A model generated the notes under the pieces. The model had not been told where the DNA came from and did no database searches. It saw only the letters and a program-made list of their open reading frames with translations. A DNA stretch of 64,000 nt from an uncultured Gammaproteobacteria bacterium. Its GTDB lineage: Bacteria > Patescibacteriota > Patescibacteriia > UBA1558 > GWA2-36-10. The position numbers were made by a program, and so were the translations under genes. Shown in pieces: positions 10,239 through 20,506 of this stretch (within the stretch, counting starts at the first letter, position 1; each line of letters starts with the position of its first letter). The stretch spans positions 1,607-65,606 of the forward strand of contig CAZRZA010000002.1 in assembly GCA_964604515.1 (NCBI GenBank), read 5' to 3'.

Positions 10239-11021
10239 ATGGAAAAAGATATAATAGTATTAGATTTAGAAACTAAAAAGACTTTTGATGAAGTTGGTGG
10301 TCAAGAGAATAGACATCTTTTGGGGGTGACCGTTGTCGGAGTATATTCATATCAAAGAGATGAATATCGTGCTTTTAGAGAAGAAGAGTTCACAGAACTT
10401 TTAGAATTATTAAAGAACACCAAATTAGTAATAGGCTTTAATAGTATTAGTTTTGATTTTACTGTTCTACAACCTTATTATAAAGAATTTGACTTAAGCA
10501 CTATACCCCATTTAGACATCCTTAAAGAAATATATGATATTTTAGGGTTTAGACTTAAATTAGAATCAGTTGCTCAAACTACCTTAGGTTATGGTAAATC
10601 AGGTAATGGTTTAGATGCTATTATCTATCATCGTAATAATGAATGGGACAAATTAATTAAATATTGTTTAGATGACGTAAAAGTAACTAAAGAATTATAT
10701 GAATATGGTTTGAATCATGGACATATTTGGTATACTAACTCCGGCCAGAAGACAAAGATTAATAGTTCTTGGTCTAATGGTGATCAGAAAATATCTGATA
10801 AAGTAATAGTAGCCTTTAAGAAGGGAGAGCAAATATTAATAGATTATATGGATAGCAGTGGTAATATTACCCAAAGAAAAATAGACATTCAAAGTATTAA
10901 TAGTAATAAAATAAAAGCTTTTTGTCATTTAAGAGATGCTATTAGACTATTTGATTTAGATAGAATAAAGAAAATAGAAACTAGTGGTAAAATGGCTAAT
11001 TGGCAAGACAGTTTATTATAA
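10239..11021 (+). CDS. RNase H-like (DEDD/YprB-type) 3'-5' exonuclease fused to a C-terminal WYL domain
   Basis: VLDLETK, IGFNSISFD, YCLDDV; C-terminal IDY..SGNITQRKID...AFCHLRDAIRLFDLDRI is WYL-like. Confidence 0.8.
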   Translation: MEKDIIVLDLETKKTFDEVGGQENRHLLGVTVVGVYSYQRDEYRAFREEEFTELLELLKNTKLVIGFNSISFDFTVLQPYYKEFDLSTIPHLDILKEIYDILGFRLKLESVAQTTLGYGKSGNGLDAIIYHRNNEWDKLIKYCLDDVKVTKELYEYGLNHGHIWYTNSGQKTKINSSWSNGDQKISDKVIVAFKKGEQILIDYMDSSGNITQRKIDIQSINSNKIKAFCHLRDAIRLFDLDRIKKIETSGKMANWQDSLL

Positions 11022-11037
11022 GTTATTAAAGATTTAT

Positions 11038-13188
11038 ATGAAGAAAGTAAATATAAAAATATCAGGAATGCATTGTGCTTCTTGTGCTCTTACTATAGAA
11101 AAGAATATTAAAAAAGAAAAAGGTATTAAAGAGGCTAGTGTTAATTATGCTAATAGTAAGGCCTATTTAAAATATGATGAAAATAAAATTAAAGAAAAAG
11201 ATTTAGAAAATATAATTATTAATTCTGGGGACTATAAAATAGTTAAAGGTAATGAAGAAGATTTAATAAAAAAAGCATATTTAAAATTTATTTATTCTTT
11301 GATATTAACTTTACCTTTATTTTTATCAATGTTCTATACTTATCATTTTAATATTAAATATTTTGGTATAGACCTAGAAATTTGGTTAGCTCATCACTTA
11401 GCCTTTCTAATTGTTTTTATTATTGGTAAACAATTTCATAGAGGAATGTTTAGTCAGTTAAAAAGATTTAAAGCTAATATGGATACTCTTATTTCTTTAG
11501 GTACTATCTCTGCTTATCTTTATAGTGTTTATGCTATGATTAATAATCAGGCCGTTTATTACGAAACAGCCGGCACTATTATTACTTTAATATTATTAGG
11601 AAAGTATTTAGAAGAAAAAAGTAAAGGTAAAGCTTCTTTAGCTATAAAGAAATTATTATCTTTAACCGTTAAAAAGGGCAGGGTATTAATTAATAGTAAA
11701 GAAGAAGAAAAGGACATTGAATTAATAAAAGTAGGGGATATACTTTTAATAAAAGTAGGAGAAAAAATACCTTTAGATGGAGAAATAATAGAAGGAGAAA
11801 CAGCTATAGATGAATCCATGTTAACTGGAGAGTCTATACCAGTAGAAAAAAAAGAAGGAGACATAGTATATGGAGCTACCATTAATAATCAAGGTATTAT
11901 TAAAGTAAAAGTTACTAAAATAAATCAAGATACTGCTTTGGCTCAAATTATTAAATTGGTTGAGAATGCTCAAGCCTCTAAAGCACCGATACAAAAATTA
12001 GCAGATAAAGTTTCTGGTATTTTTGTCCCAGTAGTAATAGTTATTTCTATTTTAACTTTTATTATTTGGTTTTTTATATTTAATACTTCTTTAGAGATTA
12101 GTATTATAAACGCAGTCGCTGTTTTGGTAATAGCTTGTCCTTGTGCTTTGGGATTAGCAACCCCTACTGCTATTATGGTTGGTAGTGGCAAAGGATCTTC
12201 TCAGGGTATTTTAATTAAAGATTCTCAAAGCTTAGAAATAGCTCATAAAGTTGATACTATAGTTTTTGATAAAACAGGAACATTAACAGAAGGTAAATTA
12301 AGCGTTACTGATATTAATACAGTTTCTCATGATTTAAACACAAGTCAATTAATGACCCTAGCTTATTCTTTAGAAAATAGTAGTGAACACTCTTTGGCTT
12401 CAGCTTTTATTAAATATGGTCAAGAGAATAAATTAAAATTAAAAGAAGTAAATAAAGTTGAAATTTTAAGAGGCAGAGGATTAAAGGGCAATGTAGATAA
12501 TAAAGAAATATATTTAGGAAATACTAAATTAGTAAAAGAATTAAAAATAGAGCTAAATCCTGTTTATGAAGTAGCTTTTGAACAATATGCTCAAGAGGGA
12601 AAAACCTCTATTTATTTTATTAAAGATAATAAAGTTTCAGGAGTAATAGCTGTGGTTGATATTCTTAGAAAAAATTCTCAGAAATTAATAGAAAGACTTC
12701 CTAGTAATATAGAAACTTATATTTTAAGCGGTGATCATCAGAAAACAGTTCAAGCTATGGCTCAGAAATTAAAAATTAAAAATATTATTGCTGAAGTATT
12801 ACCAGAACAAAAAGTAAAAGAAATAAGTAAATTACAAGAAGAAGGTAAGGTAGTAGCTTTTATCGGAGATGGCATTAATGATGCCCCAGCCCTTATTCAA
12901 GCTAATTTAGGAATAGCTGTTGGCAGTGGAACAGACATAGCCTTAGAATCTGGTAATATTGTTTTAATAGACAGTAATCCTTTAAAAATTATTTCTGCTA
13001 TTAATTTATCTAAAAAAACATTTAAAATAATTAAACAAAACTTATTCTTTGCTTTTTTCTATAATAGTATAGCTATTCCTTTAGCAGCCTTGGGATTATT
13101 AAATCCGATGATAGCTGCTTTAGCTATGAGCTTCTCTTCAGTTTCGGTAATAGTAAATAGTTTAAGGATTAAAACTATTGAATTATAA
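11038..13188 (+). CDS. copA: Copper-translocating P1B-type ATPase
   Basis: GMHCASC HMA domain, TGES, CPCALGLA, DKTGTLT, GDGINDAP, YN and MSFSS. Confidence 0.93.
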   Translation: MKKVNIKISGMHCASCALTIEKNIKKEKGIKEASVNYANSKAYLKYDENKIKEKDLENIIINSGDYKIVKGNEEDLIKKAYLKFIYSLILTLPLFLSMFYTYHFNIKYFGIDLEIWLAHHLAFLIVFIIGKQFHRGMFSQLKRFKANMDTLISLGTISAYLYSVYAMINNQAVYYETAGTIITLILLGKYLEEKSKGKASLAIKKLLSLTVKKGRVLINSKEEEKDIELIKVGDILLIKVGEKIPLDGEIIEGETAIDESMLTGESIPVEKKEGDIVYGATINNQGIIKVKVTKINQDTALAQIIKLVENAQASKAPIQKLADKVSGIFVPVVIVISILTFIIWFFIFNTSLEISIINAVAVLVIACPCALGLATPTAIMVGSGKGSSQGILIKDSQSLEIAHKVDTIVFDKTGTLTEGKLSVTDINTVSHDLNTSQLMTLAYSLENSSEHSLASAFIKYGQENKLKLKEVNKVEILRGRGLKGNVDNKEIYLGNTKLVKELKIELNPVYEVAFEQYAQEGKTSIYFIKDNKVSGVIAVVDILRKNSQKLIERLPSNIETYILSGDHQKTVQAMAQKLKIKNIIAEVLPEQKVKEISKLQEEGKVVAFIGDGINDAPALIQANLGIAVGSGTDIALESGNIVLIDSNPLKIISAINLSKKTFKIIKQNLFFAFFYNSIAIPLAALGLLNPMIAALAMSFSSVSVIVNSLRIKTIEL

Positions 13189-13270
13189 GTTGACATAACT
13201 TGTATTATATTCTAAATTAAACTACTCTTAAAAAGAGTAGTTTTTTGAAATTAAAATAAAGGAGAAGAAA

Positions 13271-14131
13271 ATGATTAAGGTTAAAGATCTTAAAAAAAAG
13301 ATTAAGCAACTTCAGAAAAAGGTTATTTCTTTAGGAAAAAAAGAGAAGAAAGCCAGAGATCGTTGGAACAAGGCACATAATAAATTTATTAAATCTACTG
13401 GAGATTTAGTGACCATTAAAAGACATGGTACTAAAAAGGAAAGTAAATTAAAAGATATTATTTTGTCTTGGCCAGAAAAATCTATTTTTTTAACAAGTAA
13501 GCGTGATCAAATTAGGAATGATATTTCTGATATTAAAAAACAAATTGATAATTTAAAAAATAAATTATCAGAACTCGTTAAAGACATTGAATCACAGAGC
13601 AAAGAAATAGATGAAAAAGTTAATCAAGTTTTTGCGGCTAATAAAATTGTGATTTCAGCCATAGAAGCGAGAGATTCTTTTTTAGAAAACCATGTTTATA
13701 ATAAACTAGTTGATGAAAACGGTAAAATAAAATCTCAGGTAACTCTTTTAAGTTCTGATGGTAAACGTAAAGTAGTTGTTTTAACCAATACTATTGTTAT
13801 CATTAATCCTGATTTAGCAATTTTAGCCCAAAAGAAGATTGAAAATTTCTTTAGTACCTTTAAAGAAAAAATTGAATCTGAAATGGACAGTGAAACAAAA
13901 TTACTTTATAAAATTGTTTCAGAACTACTAATTGAGAAAAAGAGCTTTAAACCAGGTCAGTATTTATATCAGTTTTTAAATATTAATATTGGCCAAGAAA
14001 GTTACCCTGAATTATATGAAGCGCAAACTTTATTAAAACAAAGTTTAGGTTCTAAAAAGTCAGGTACTTATATAAAACTTTATGAAAGATTTGGTATTAA
14101 AAATTCTTTCAAGCCTTTGAGAACAAAGTGA
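13271..14131 (+). CDS. Hypothetical protein with N-terminal coiled coil (stand-alone SD-led unit)
   Basis: TTGACA-17-TAAATT at 13190, hairpin, GTTTTTTGAAA, AAGGAGA SD; 286-aa ORF. Confidence 0.8.
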   Translation: MIKVKDLKKKIKQLQKKVISLGKKEKKARDRWNKAHNKFIKSTGDLVTIKRHGTKKESKLKDIILSWPEKSIFLTSKRDQIRNDISDIKKQIDNLKNKLSELVKDIESQSKEIDEKVNQVFAANKIVISAIEARDSFLENHVYNKLVDENGKIKSQVTLLSSDGKRKVVVLTNTIVIINPDLAILAQKKIENFFSTFKEKIESEMDSETKLLYKIVSELLIEKKSFKPGQYLYQFLNINIGQESYPELYEAQTLLKQSLGSKKSGTYIKLYERFGIKNSFKPLRTK

Positions 14132-14133
14132 TT

Positions 14134-14215
14134 AATCAAAAAAGGGATATTCAACTTTTAAGTATAAAGAATCTATTTGATAAAGAACGAAGTAATCAAT
14201 CAAAAAAGGGATATT
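14134..14215. repeat. 18-bp exact direct repeat AATCAAAAAAGGGATATT (14134-14151, 14198-14215); second copy forms a terminator arm with the folD 3' end
   Basis: Direct reading. Confidence 0.75.
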
Positions 14216-15059
14216 ATTTAATATCCCTTTTTATTTTATATAATTTTAAAGTATTATATAAGAGCATGGCGACGGTCATTGGGCCTACTCCTCCGGGGAC
14301 AGGAGTAATATGGCTTACTTTTTCAAAGACATCAGTATAATCAACATCTCCAACTATATGTTTTTGATCTATTTTATTAGTACCAATATCAATAATAATA
14401 CTATTTTTTTTAACCATTTCTTTTTTAATAAAGAAAGGATTGCCAATAGCAGCTATTAAAATGTCTGCTTCTTTACTTAATTCAGATAGATTAGTAATAC
14501 TAGGTTTTATTATTTTAGTATGTATATTTTTATCCTCTAATAATTTTTTTAAAGGCTTATAAAAAACATCAGATTTAGAAATAATTAAAGCTTCTTTATT
14601 CTTTAAATCTTCTTTAGTAGCTTCTAATAATTTAATAATACCCAAGGGTAAACCAGGAACAAAAGTATTTTTATTATCTAATATTTTTTCAATATTTTTA
14701 GGATGAAAACCATCAGCATCTTTGTTTATATCAATAGCTTCTATTATTTTATCTGTATTTAAGTGTTTTGGTAATGGTAATTGTATTAAGATAGCATCTG
14801 TATGTTTATCTTTATTAAGAAAGTCTATAGTTTCTAAAACATGTTCTTCTGAAACATCTTTAATCATTAAATATTCATGAAACTCTATACCTACTTTCTG
14901 ACAAGCTTTCTTTTTTAAATTAACATATAAATTAGAAGCAGGGTCTTCTCCAATTAAAATAACAGCTAAATTTGGTTCTAAACTTTTTTGTCTTATTTCT
15001 ACACCTATTTCTTTTTGTATATCTTTAGCTATACTTCTGCCGTCTATTATTTCTGCCAT
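14214..15059 (-). CDS. folD: Methylenetetrahydrofolate dehydrogenase/cyclohydrolase
   Basis: IDG, QLPLP, KDADGFHP, TPVPGGVGPMTVAML. Confidence 0.95.
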   Translation of the reverse strand: MAEIIDGRSIAKDIQKEIGVEIRQKSLEPNLAVILIGEDPASNLYVNLKKKACQKVGIEFHEYLMIKDVSEEHVLETIDFLNKDKHTDAILIQLPLPKHLNTDKIIEAIDINKDADGFHPKNIEKILDNKNTFVPGLPLGIIKLLEATKEDLKNKEALIISKSDVFYKPLKKLLEDKNIHTKIIKPSITNLSELSKEADILIAAIGNPFFIKKEMVKKNSIIIDIGTNKIDQKHIVGDVDYTDVFEKVSHITPVPGGVGPMTVAMLLYNTLKLYKIKRDIK

Positions 15060-15060
15060 A

Positions 15061-16317
15061 TTATAGTTCTTTATATAAAGGAAAATTATCCATTAATTCT
15101 AATGCTTTATTTTTATTATCTTCTGTTGCTTTTTTATTCTTTAGAGTATCAATAATTAAATCAGCTATTATCTCCATTTCTTTTTCTTTTAATCCTCTAG
15201 TCGTTAAAGCAGGCGTACCTAGTCTAATACCAGAAGGATCCATAGGCTTCCTTTTGTCAAAAGGTATCATATTTTTATTAACAAAAATATAGATATTTTC
15301 TAAAAGACTTTCTGCTTCTTGACCGGATAAATCTAAATTGCTCATATCTAATAATAGTAAATGATTATCTGTTCCTCCGGAGATAATTCTTAATCCTGCT
15401 TCCTTAAATCTATTCTCTAGTATCTTAGCATTCTTGATTACTTGTTTTTGATAATCTATAAATTCTGGTTGTAAGGCTTCTTGAAAAGCAACTGCTTTCG
15501 CTGCAATAATATGTTCTAGAGGACCACCTTGCATTCCAGGAAAAACAGCAGAGTCTATTTTCTGAGCTAAACTCTTTTTACCCTCAGGATTTAATCTGTC
15601 TTCTTTCTTTGATAAAATCATTGCTCCTCTAGGACCTCTTAATGTCTTATGAGTAGTAGTGGTTATAATATCTGCCACATCTATTGGACTATTATGGAGC
15701 TTAGCAGCTATTAATCCAGCAATATGAGCCATATCAACCATTAAGTATGCTTGAACTTCATCTGCTATTTTTTTAAATTTAATAAAGTCTATTTCTCTGC
15801 TATAAGCGGAAGCTCCGGCTAATATTATTTTAGGTTTATGAACTAAAGCTTGATTCCTTACTTCATTAAAATCTATTAATTCTGTTTTTTTATCAACTCC
15901 ATAAGAAACAAAGTTGTAAAACTTACCAGAAAAATTAACAGGATGACCATGAGTTAAATGACCACCATGTGCTAAAGAAAAACCTAAGATAGTTTCATGT
16001 AATTCAGCTAAAGCAAAATAGGCTTCCATATTAGCACTAGAACCAGAATGAGGTTGAACATTAACATGTTCTGCTCCAAATAATTCTTTGGCTCTGGCTA
16101 TGGCTAAAGACTCAGCTTGATCTATATATTTATTACCACCATAGTATCTCTTATGAGGATAACCTTCGGCATACTTATTAGTTAAAATACTGCCAGCTGC
16201 TTCTAAAACAGAAGGAGAAACAAAGTTTTCAGAGGCTATCATTTCTGCTCCTATTCTTTGTCTTTTTAATTCTTTCTCAATTATTTCTGAGATTTGTTTA
16301 TCTTTTATATTATTCAT
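15061..16317 (-). CDS. glyA: Serine hydroxymethyltransferase
   Basis: [34 protein letters not shown]. Confidence 0.97.
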   Translation of the reverse strand: MNNIKDKQISEIIEKELKRQRIGAEMIASENFVSPSVLEAAGSILTNKYAEGYPHKRYYGGNKYIDQAESLAIARAKELFGAEHVNVQPHSGSSANMEAYFALAELHETILGFSLAHGGHLTHGHPVNFSGKFYNFVSYGVDKKTELIDFNEVRNQALVHKPKIILAGASAYSREIDFIKFKKIADEVQAYLMVDMAHIAGLIAAKLHNSPIDVADIITTTTHKTLRGPRGAMILSKKEDRLNPEGKKSLAQKIDSAVFPGMQGGPLEHIIAAKAVAFQEALQPEFIDYQKQVIKNAKILENRFKEAGLRIISGGTDNHLLLLDMSNLDLSGQEAESLLENIYIFVNKNMIPFDKRKPMDPSGIRLGTPALTTRGLKEKEMEIIADLIIDTLKNKKATEDNKNKALELMDNFPLYKEL

Positions 16318-16396
16318 AATATATATACTACCATATTTATCTTTTTAGACAATACTATTTATGGTATACTATATTTATAATAATTTAAGAAAAAAT

Positions 16397-16564
16397 ATGA
16401 AAAATGAAAAAGTAAGAGTAGGGTTATTTTATTTAGCTATGGTTATTGTTATTGGTAGTCATTTATACATGCTAGCCGCTGGTTTACCAGCAGAGCAAAT
16501 GACAGCTCATGCGGTTTTAAATATAGTAGCGGGTATTATATTTGGTGTAGTTTATTATAGATAA
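16397..16564 (+). CDS. Small two-TM membrane protein
   Basis: Two hydrophobic helices each with a His; ATG 16397 lies downstream of a TATACT -10. Confidence 0.6.
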   Translation: MKNEKVRVGLFYLAMVIVIGSHLYMLAAGLPAEQMTAHAVLNIVAGIIFGVVYYR

Positions 16565-16567
16565 CAT

Positions 16568-16595
16568 TTGTGGGGGGGGGTAAACATGGTATACT
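16568..16595 (+). promoter_or_regulatory. Promoter with G9 homopolymer between -35 and extended -10
   Basis: TTGT-GGGGGGGGG-TAAACA-TGG-TATACT; G9 at 16572-16580. Confidence 0.55.
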
Positions 16596-16623
16596 ATTCT
16601 TATTATAAATTAATTAGAAAATT

Positions 16624-18106
16624 ATGAAAAAATTAATATCTTTTTTTTGTGGTCATAGCATTATGTTCTATATATGCTATACCAAAGGTAAGCAAAGCTT
16701 TTAGTTTTAGAGATTTATTACCTAACTTTTCTGTAAAAACAGAAGCTCAGACTAAGGATGTTGTAGTTTCTAAGGTTGATAAGGTAACCAAAGATTCTGC
16801 GGTCAATGAGTCTAGGAGTTATACAGATTCTAGATTTAATTATTTTGATTCTAGAATTAATACTTTAAATAGTAGTTTTAAGGGACTAGAGAATCAGGTT
16901 AATAATCTAGGAGATATTTCTGATACAGAAAATAATAATACTTTAGATTCTCGTAGTTTAGTAGAAAATCCTATGACTGAGAATTTGGACGGTGGTCAAA
17001 AATGGATAACAAATATTCGTCGTTTACATATAGAAAGTTCAGAGGACTCTAATGTTAATTTTCCAGGTATTCAGGTTTCTATGAATAGTCATAATGATAA
17101 TGCAATAACAGCAGAGACTCATGGTAATAATTCATATGCAGGTTATTTTAACGCTACAGGTAATAATTCATATGCCGGAAACTTTGAGGGCGATGTTAAA
17201 ATAGATGGCGACTTCAATATAAATAGAACATATACAGGATATGAAGGGGATAGCATCTTTAGTGTTTATGATGGTGATATTGTTACTGCTGGTCCAAACG
17301 TTGATATTAATGGAGCAGATTTAACTTTGAATGATGGTAATTTACACTTTAATAATATTGGGTTTCCAGCAATTAGACTAGATGATAATGTGAGCCAATT
17401 TGATATAAGATGGGATGGTAGTTCTTCTTATTATACCTTTAGCAGAGAAGGTTTAGTTATTGCTGATGGTTCATTAGATGTGTATGGTGATATAAGGTCT
17501 AGGCCTGGAAATAAGATTAAGTCTAGTAATTTTTGTGATGGTAGTGGAAATAATTGCTTTAATATTGCGACTAGTACTAGTAATATTGGTACATGGAACT
17601 TGGGCTCTAATTTAAATTTTCATGAAGCTGATTTAGTATTTAGCAGTAATTATGGATCGGGCAGTACGGCCCATATTAAGTTAGAGGATGATGTAGAAAA
17701 TCTTAGAATTGGTTGGTGGGAGTTTAATGATAATAATAATGATTATGCTAGATATAATTTTGGGCAAGATCTTTTCAGGATTTATGAGGGAGATCTTTCA
17801 CTTTATCAAGGTAGTATTGGAATAGGAACAGATAGTCCAAATAGAAATTTACATATTAAAACAAATGAGGGTGATCAATATATGAACGCTGAAATAGATA
17901 TTCAGTCTGGCGATAATAATTACTGGGGAATTTATCAGGATCATAATGATGGTTCTTTAAATTTTTGGCATGAGGACAATAGAGTAATCTTTACTAACGA
18001 AGGCATTGAAACAGATAAAATTGATTTAGGAGAATTATGTTTAGATGATATTTGTGTAGATAGTTGGGGAAAATTAAAGTTAATATTATCAAATATGACC
18101 TATTAA
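16624..18106 (+). CDS. Secreted beta-rich surface/tail-fibre-like protein, frameshifted at a T8 tract in the signal peptide
   Basis: Removing one T from 16641-16648 fuses MKKLISFF to VVIALCSIYAIPKVSKA; N/D/G-rich body, GSIGIGTDSP and LCLDDIC motifs. Confidence 0.7.
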
Positions 18107-18126
18107 AATATTTATTTAGCAACAAT

Positions 18127-18155
18127 AAAACAGCTCTTTTTAAAGAGCTGTTTTT
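18127..18155. terminator. Bidirectional intrinsic terminator
   Basis: AAAACAGCTCTTT-tt-AAAGAGCTGTTTT between convergent genes. Confidence 0.75.
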
Positions 18156-19755
18156 AGTTTAATTCTTTAGTCATATAAGTTTCTTCTATTTTATATCCTA
18201 ATTTTTTATAATATTCTCTAACTCCTATACCAGAAATAACGGCTATTTTATTTAATTTATTTTCTTTGGTTATTTCTTCTGCTTTTTGCATTAATTTTTT
18301 ACCTAAACCAACATGTTGAGTTTTACTAATTTCATCATCTTCTTTAGTATGAACTGGAATCATTTTACCATAAACATGTAATTCTCTGACTAAGGAAGAA
18401 TTAATTAATTCAGGGAATATATTCTTTTTACTATTATCATTAAATCTTAATCTTAAGAAAGCATATACTTTATTATCATATTCATAAGAAAGAAAGTATT
18501 CTAAACCCTGAGAAGCTTCGTATTTTATAATTACTAACTCTACTTTATTAATATCTTTTGTTTTACCCTTTACTTCTCGACACCTTAAACAGTGACAGGT
18601 TTGTTTTCTTTCTGCTAATTTTTTTTGTAAGTATTGTCTTAAATTAGTTACTTTATTACCAGCGATAATACTTTCTTCAGGAATATCTCTAATTAATCTA
18701 TTTATTCTAATATAGGGAGGAGTAATTAACTTAACTTTTAATAATAATTCTAATAATTCTTTTTCTGAATATGGTTTATACTTACCATCTTCATACCATT
18801 TATTTAATTGAGCATATTCATTAACTATACAAGGGTATATTTTTATTTGATCAGGTTGTAAGTCAGGAGTATTAAAAGCATATTTAAACATTTTAAGGTC
18901 TTTGTTTGGAGTAGATCCAGGTAAATCAGGCATATAATGATGATCTACCTTAAAACCGACTTCTTTTAATAATTTAGTAGCTTTAATACTATCTTCTATA
19001 GTATGACCCCTTCTAATTAATTTAAGTATTTTATTATCACTATGTTGTATTCCTAATTGTACTCTGGTACAGCCTAAATTACGAAAGTTTTTAATTTCTT
19101 TGGCATCTATATAATCAGGCCTGGTTTCTAAAGTTAATCCTATGACCTTGTACTTAGTTGTTTCATTTATCTTTTGTTCTTCTTTTAAGCTTAAGGCTTT
19201 TCTCTTTTTAGCATTAATAGTATTAGCAGCATAGAAGAGATCTCTAATAAACTTGTCTTGATAATTTTGAGAATAAAAAGACCAGGTACCTCCTAAGATA
19301 ATTAATTCTAATTTATCTACTTGATGACCATTATTTTCTAAAGCCTTAATTCTCATTACCACCTGTCTAACAGGATCAAAGAGGTTTAATTTAGCTCTCA
19401 TCGCTGCTGGTTCATTAGATAAATAGCTTTTAGGCATATCTGGTTCTGTGGGACAATAAACACAAACATGGGGACAGGATTTTTTTGGTTTAGACAAGAC
19501 AGTAATCACAGAAACACCTGATAATGTTCTAACAGATCTTTTTATTAAGTATTTTTCTAAATTAGAATTCTTCTTTAATTTATTATTTTTTACTAATTGA
19601 CGATAAGTAGAAATAAGTGTAGCTTTAGGAAGAGGTGAAATCTTATTTTTATTAAATAATTTACGAGAAGAAATCATAAAATCTCTTTGACTAGTATATT
19701 CTACTTTAGTCAAAGACTTAACTATATCTTCTATTATATTTTGCTTAATATTCAT
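18154..19755 (-). CDS. elp3: Elp3-type tRNA U34 acetyltransferase (radical SAM + GNAT)
   Basis: VRTLSGV, CPHVCVYCP, ETRPD, RINRLIRDIP, VRELHVYG, QHVGLG, ISGIGVREYY. Confidence 0.92.
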   Translation of the reverse strand: MNIKQNIIEDIVKSLTKVEYTSQRDFMISSRKLFNKNKISPLPKATLISTYRQLVKNNKLKKNSNLEKYLIKRSVRTLSGVSVITVLSKPKKSCPHVCVYCPTEPDMPKSYLSNEPAAMRAKLNLFDPVRQVVMRIKALENNGHQVDKLELIILGGTWSFYSQNYQDKFIRDLFYAANTINAKKRKALSLKEEQKINETTKYKVIGLTLETRPDYIDAKEIKNFRNLGCTRVQLGIQHSDNKILKLIRRGHTIEDSIKATKLLKEVGFKVDHHYMPDLPGSTPNKDLKMFKYAFNTPDLQPDQIKIYPCIVNEYAQLNKWYEDGKYKPYSEKELLELLLKVKLITPPYIRINRLIRDIPEESIIAGNKVTNLRQYLQKKLAERKQTCHCLRCREVKGKTKDINKVELVIIKYEASQGLEYFLSYEYDNKVYAFLRLRFNDNSKKNIFPELINSSLVRELHVYGKMIPVHTKEDDEISKTQHVGLGKKLMQKAEEITKENKLNKIAVISGIGVREYYKKLGYKIEETYMTKELN

Positions 19756-20419
19756 GTCTATTAAAAAAGAATTAAAAAAAATTTATAATACTATTTCCCA
19801 GGAATTCTCTAGTTCTCGTGCTTTTCCTTGGGAAGAGTTACAACTTTTTATACCATATATCAAAGATAATTTCAAGGTCTTAGACTTAGGCTGTGGTAAC
19901 GGTAGATTAATAAAGATATTAGAAGAAAATGATTGTCAGATAGAATATACAGGACTAGACTTTAGTAATAAGTTAATAGAACAGGCTAGAGAATCTTTTC
20001 CTCAATATACCTTTAAGGTAGAGGATATGAATAATATAGACTATGAAGAAAATAGTTTTGATATGGTTTTTATGATAGCTTCTTTTCATCATTTAGAAAC
20101 TAAAGAAGAGAGATTAGAATTATTAAAGAAAGTAAATAAAATATTAAAACCAGGTGGTTATTTATTCATGACTAATTGGAACTTATTTCAAAAGAAATAT
20201 TTTAAGTTTCTTTTCAAGAATATATTTAAAAAAAAATCTTGGAATGACTTTTTTATTCCTTGGCAAACTTATTCTCAGAAAGGAGAAAGGCTATGGAGAT
20301 TTTATCATAGCTTTACTAAGAGAGAGTTAGAGAATTTATTAAAAAAGGCTAACTTTAAATTAAAACCACAAGGGGTTTATAAGACAGAATTTAATATAAA
20401 TAGTTTTGTTAAAAAGTAG
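19754..20419 (+). CDS. Class I SAM methyltransferase, Trm9/ALKBH8-like
   Basis: IYNTISQEFSSSRAFPW, LDLGCGNGR, IASFHHL, RFYHSF. Confidence 0.8.
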   Translation: MSIKKELKKIYNTISQEFSSSRAFPWEELQLFIPYIKDNFKVLDLGCGNGRLIKILEENDCQIEYTGLDFSNKLIEQARESFPQYTFKVEDMNNIDYEENSFDMVFMIASFHHLETKEERLELLKKVNKILKPGGYLFMTNWNLFQKKYFKFLFKNIFKKKSWNDFFIPWQTYSQKGERLWRFYHSFTKRELENLLKKANFKLKPQGVYKTEFNINSFVKK

Positions 20420-20506
20420 CATTGGACGCTGCTTTTTATTTTTCCTTTATATATGGTATAATATAGCTATATTAAAATATTTCTAATGTCATTATTTCAA
20501 AAAATT

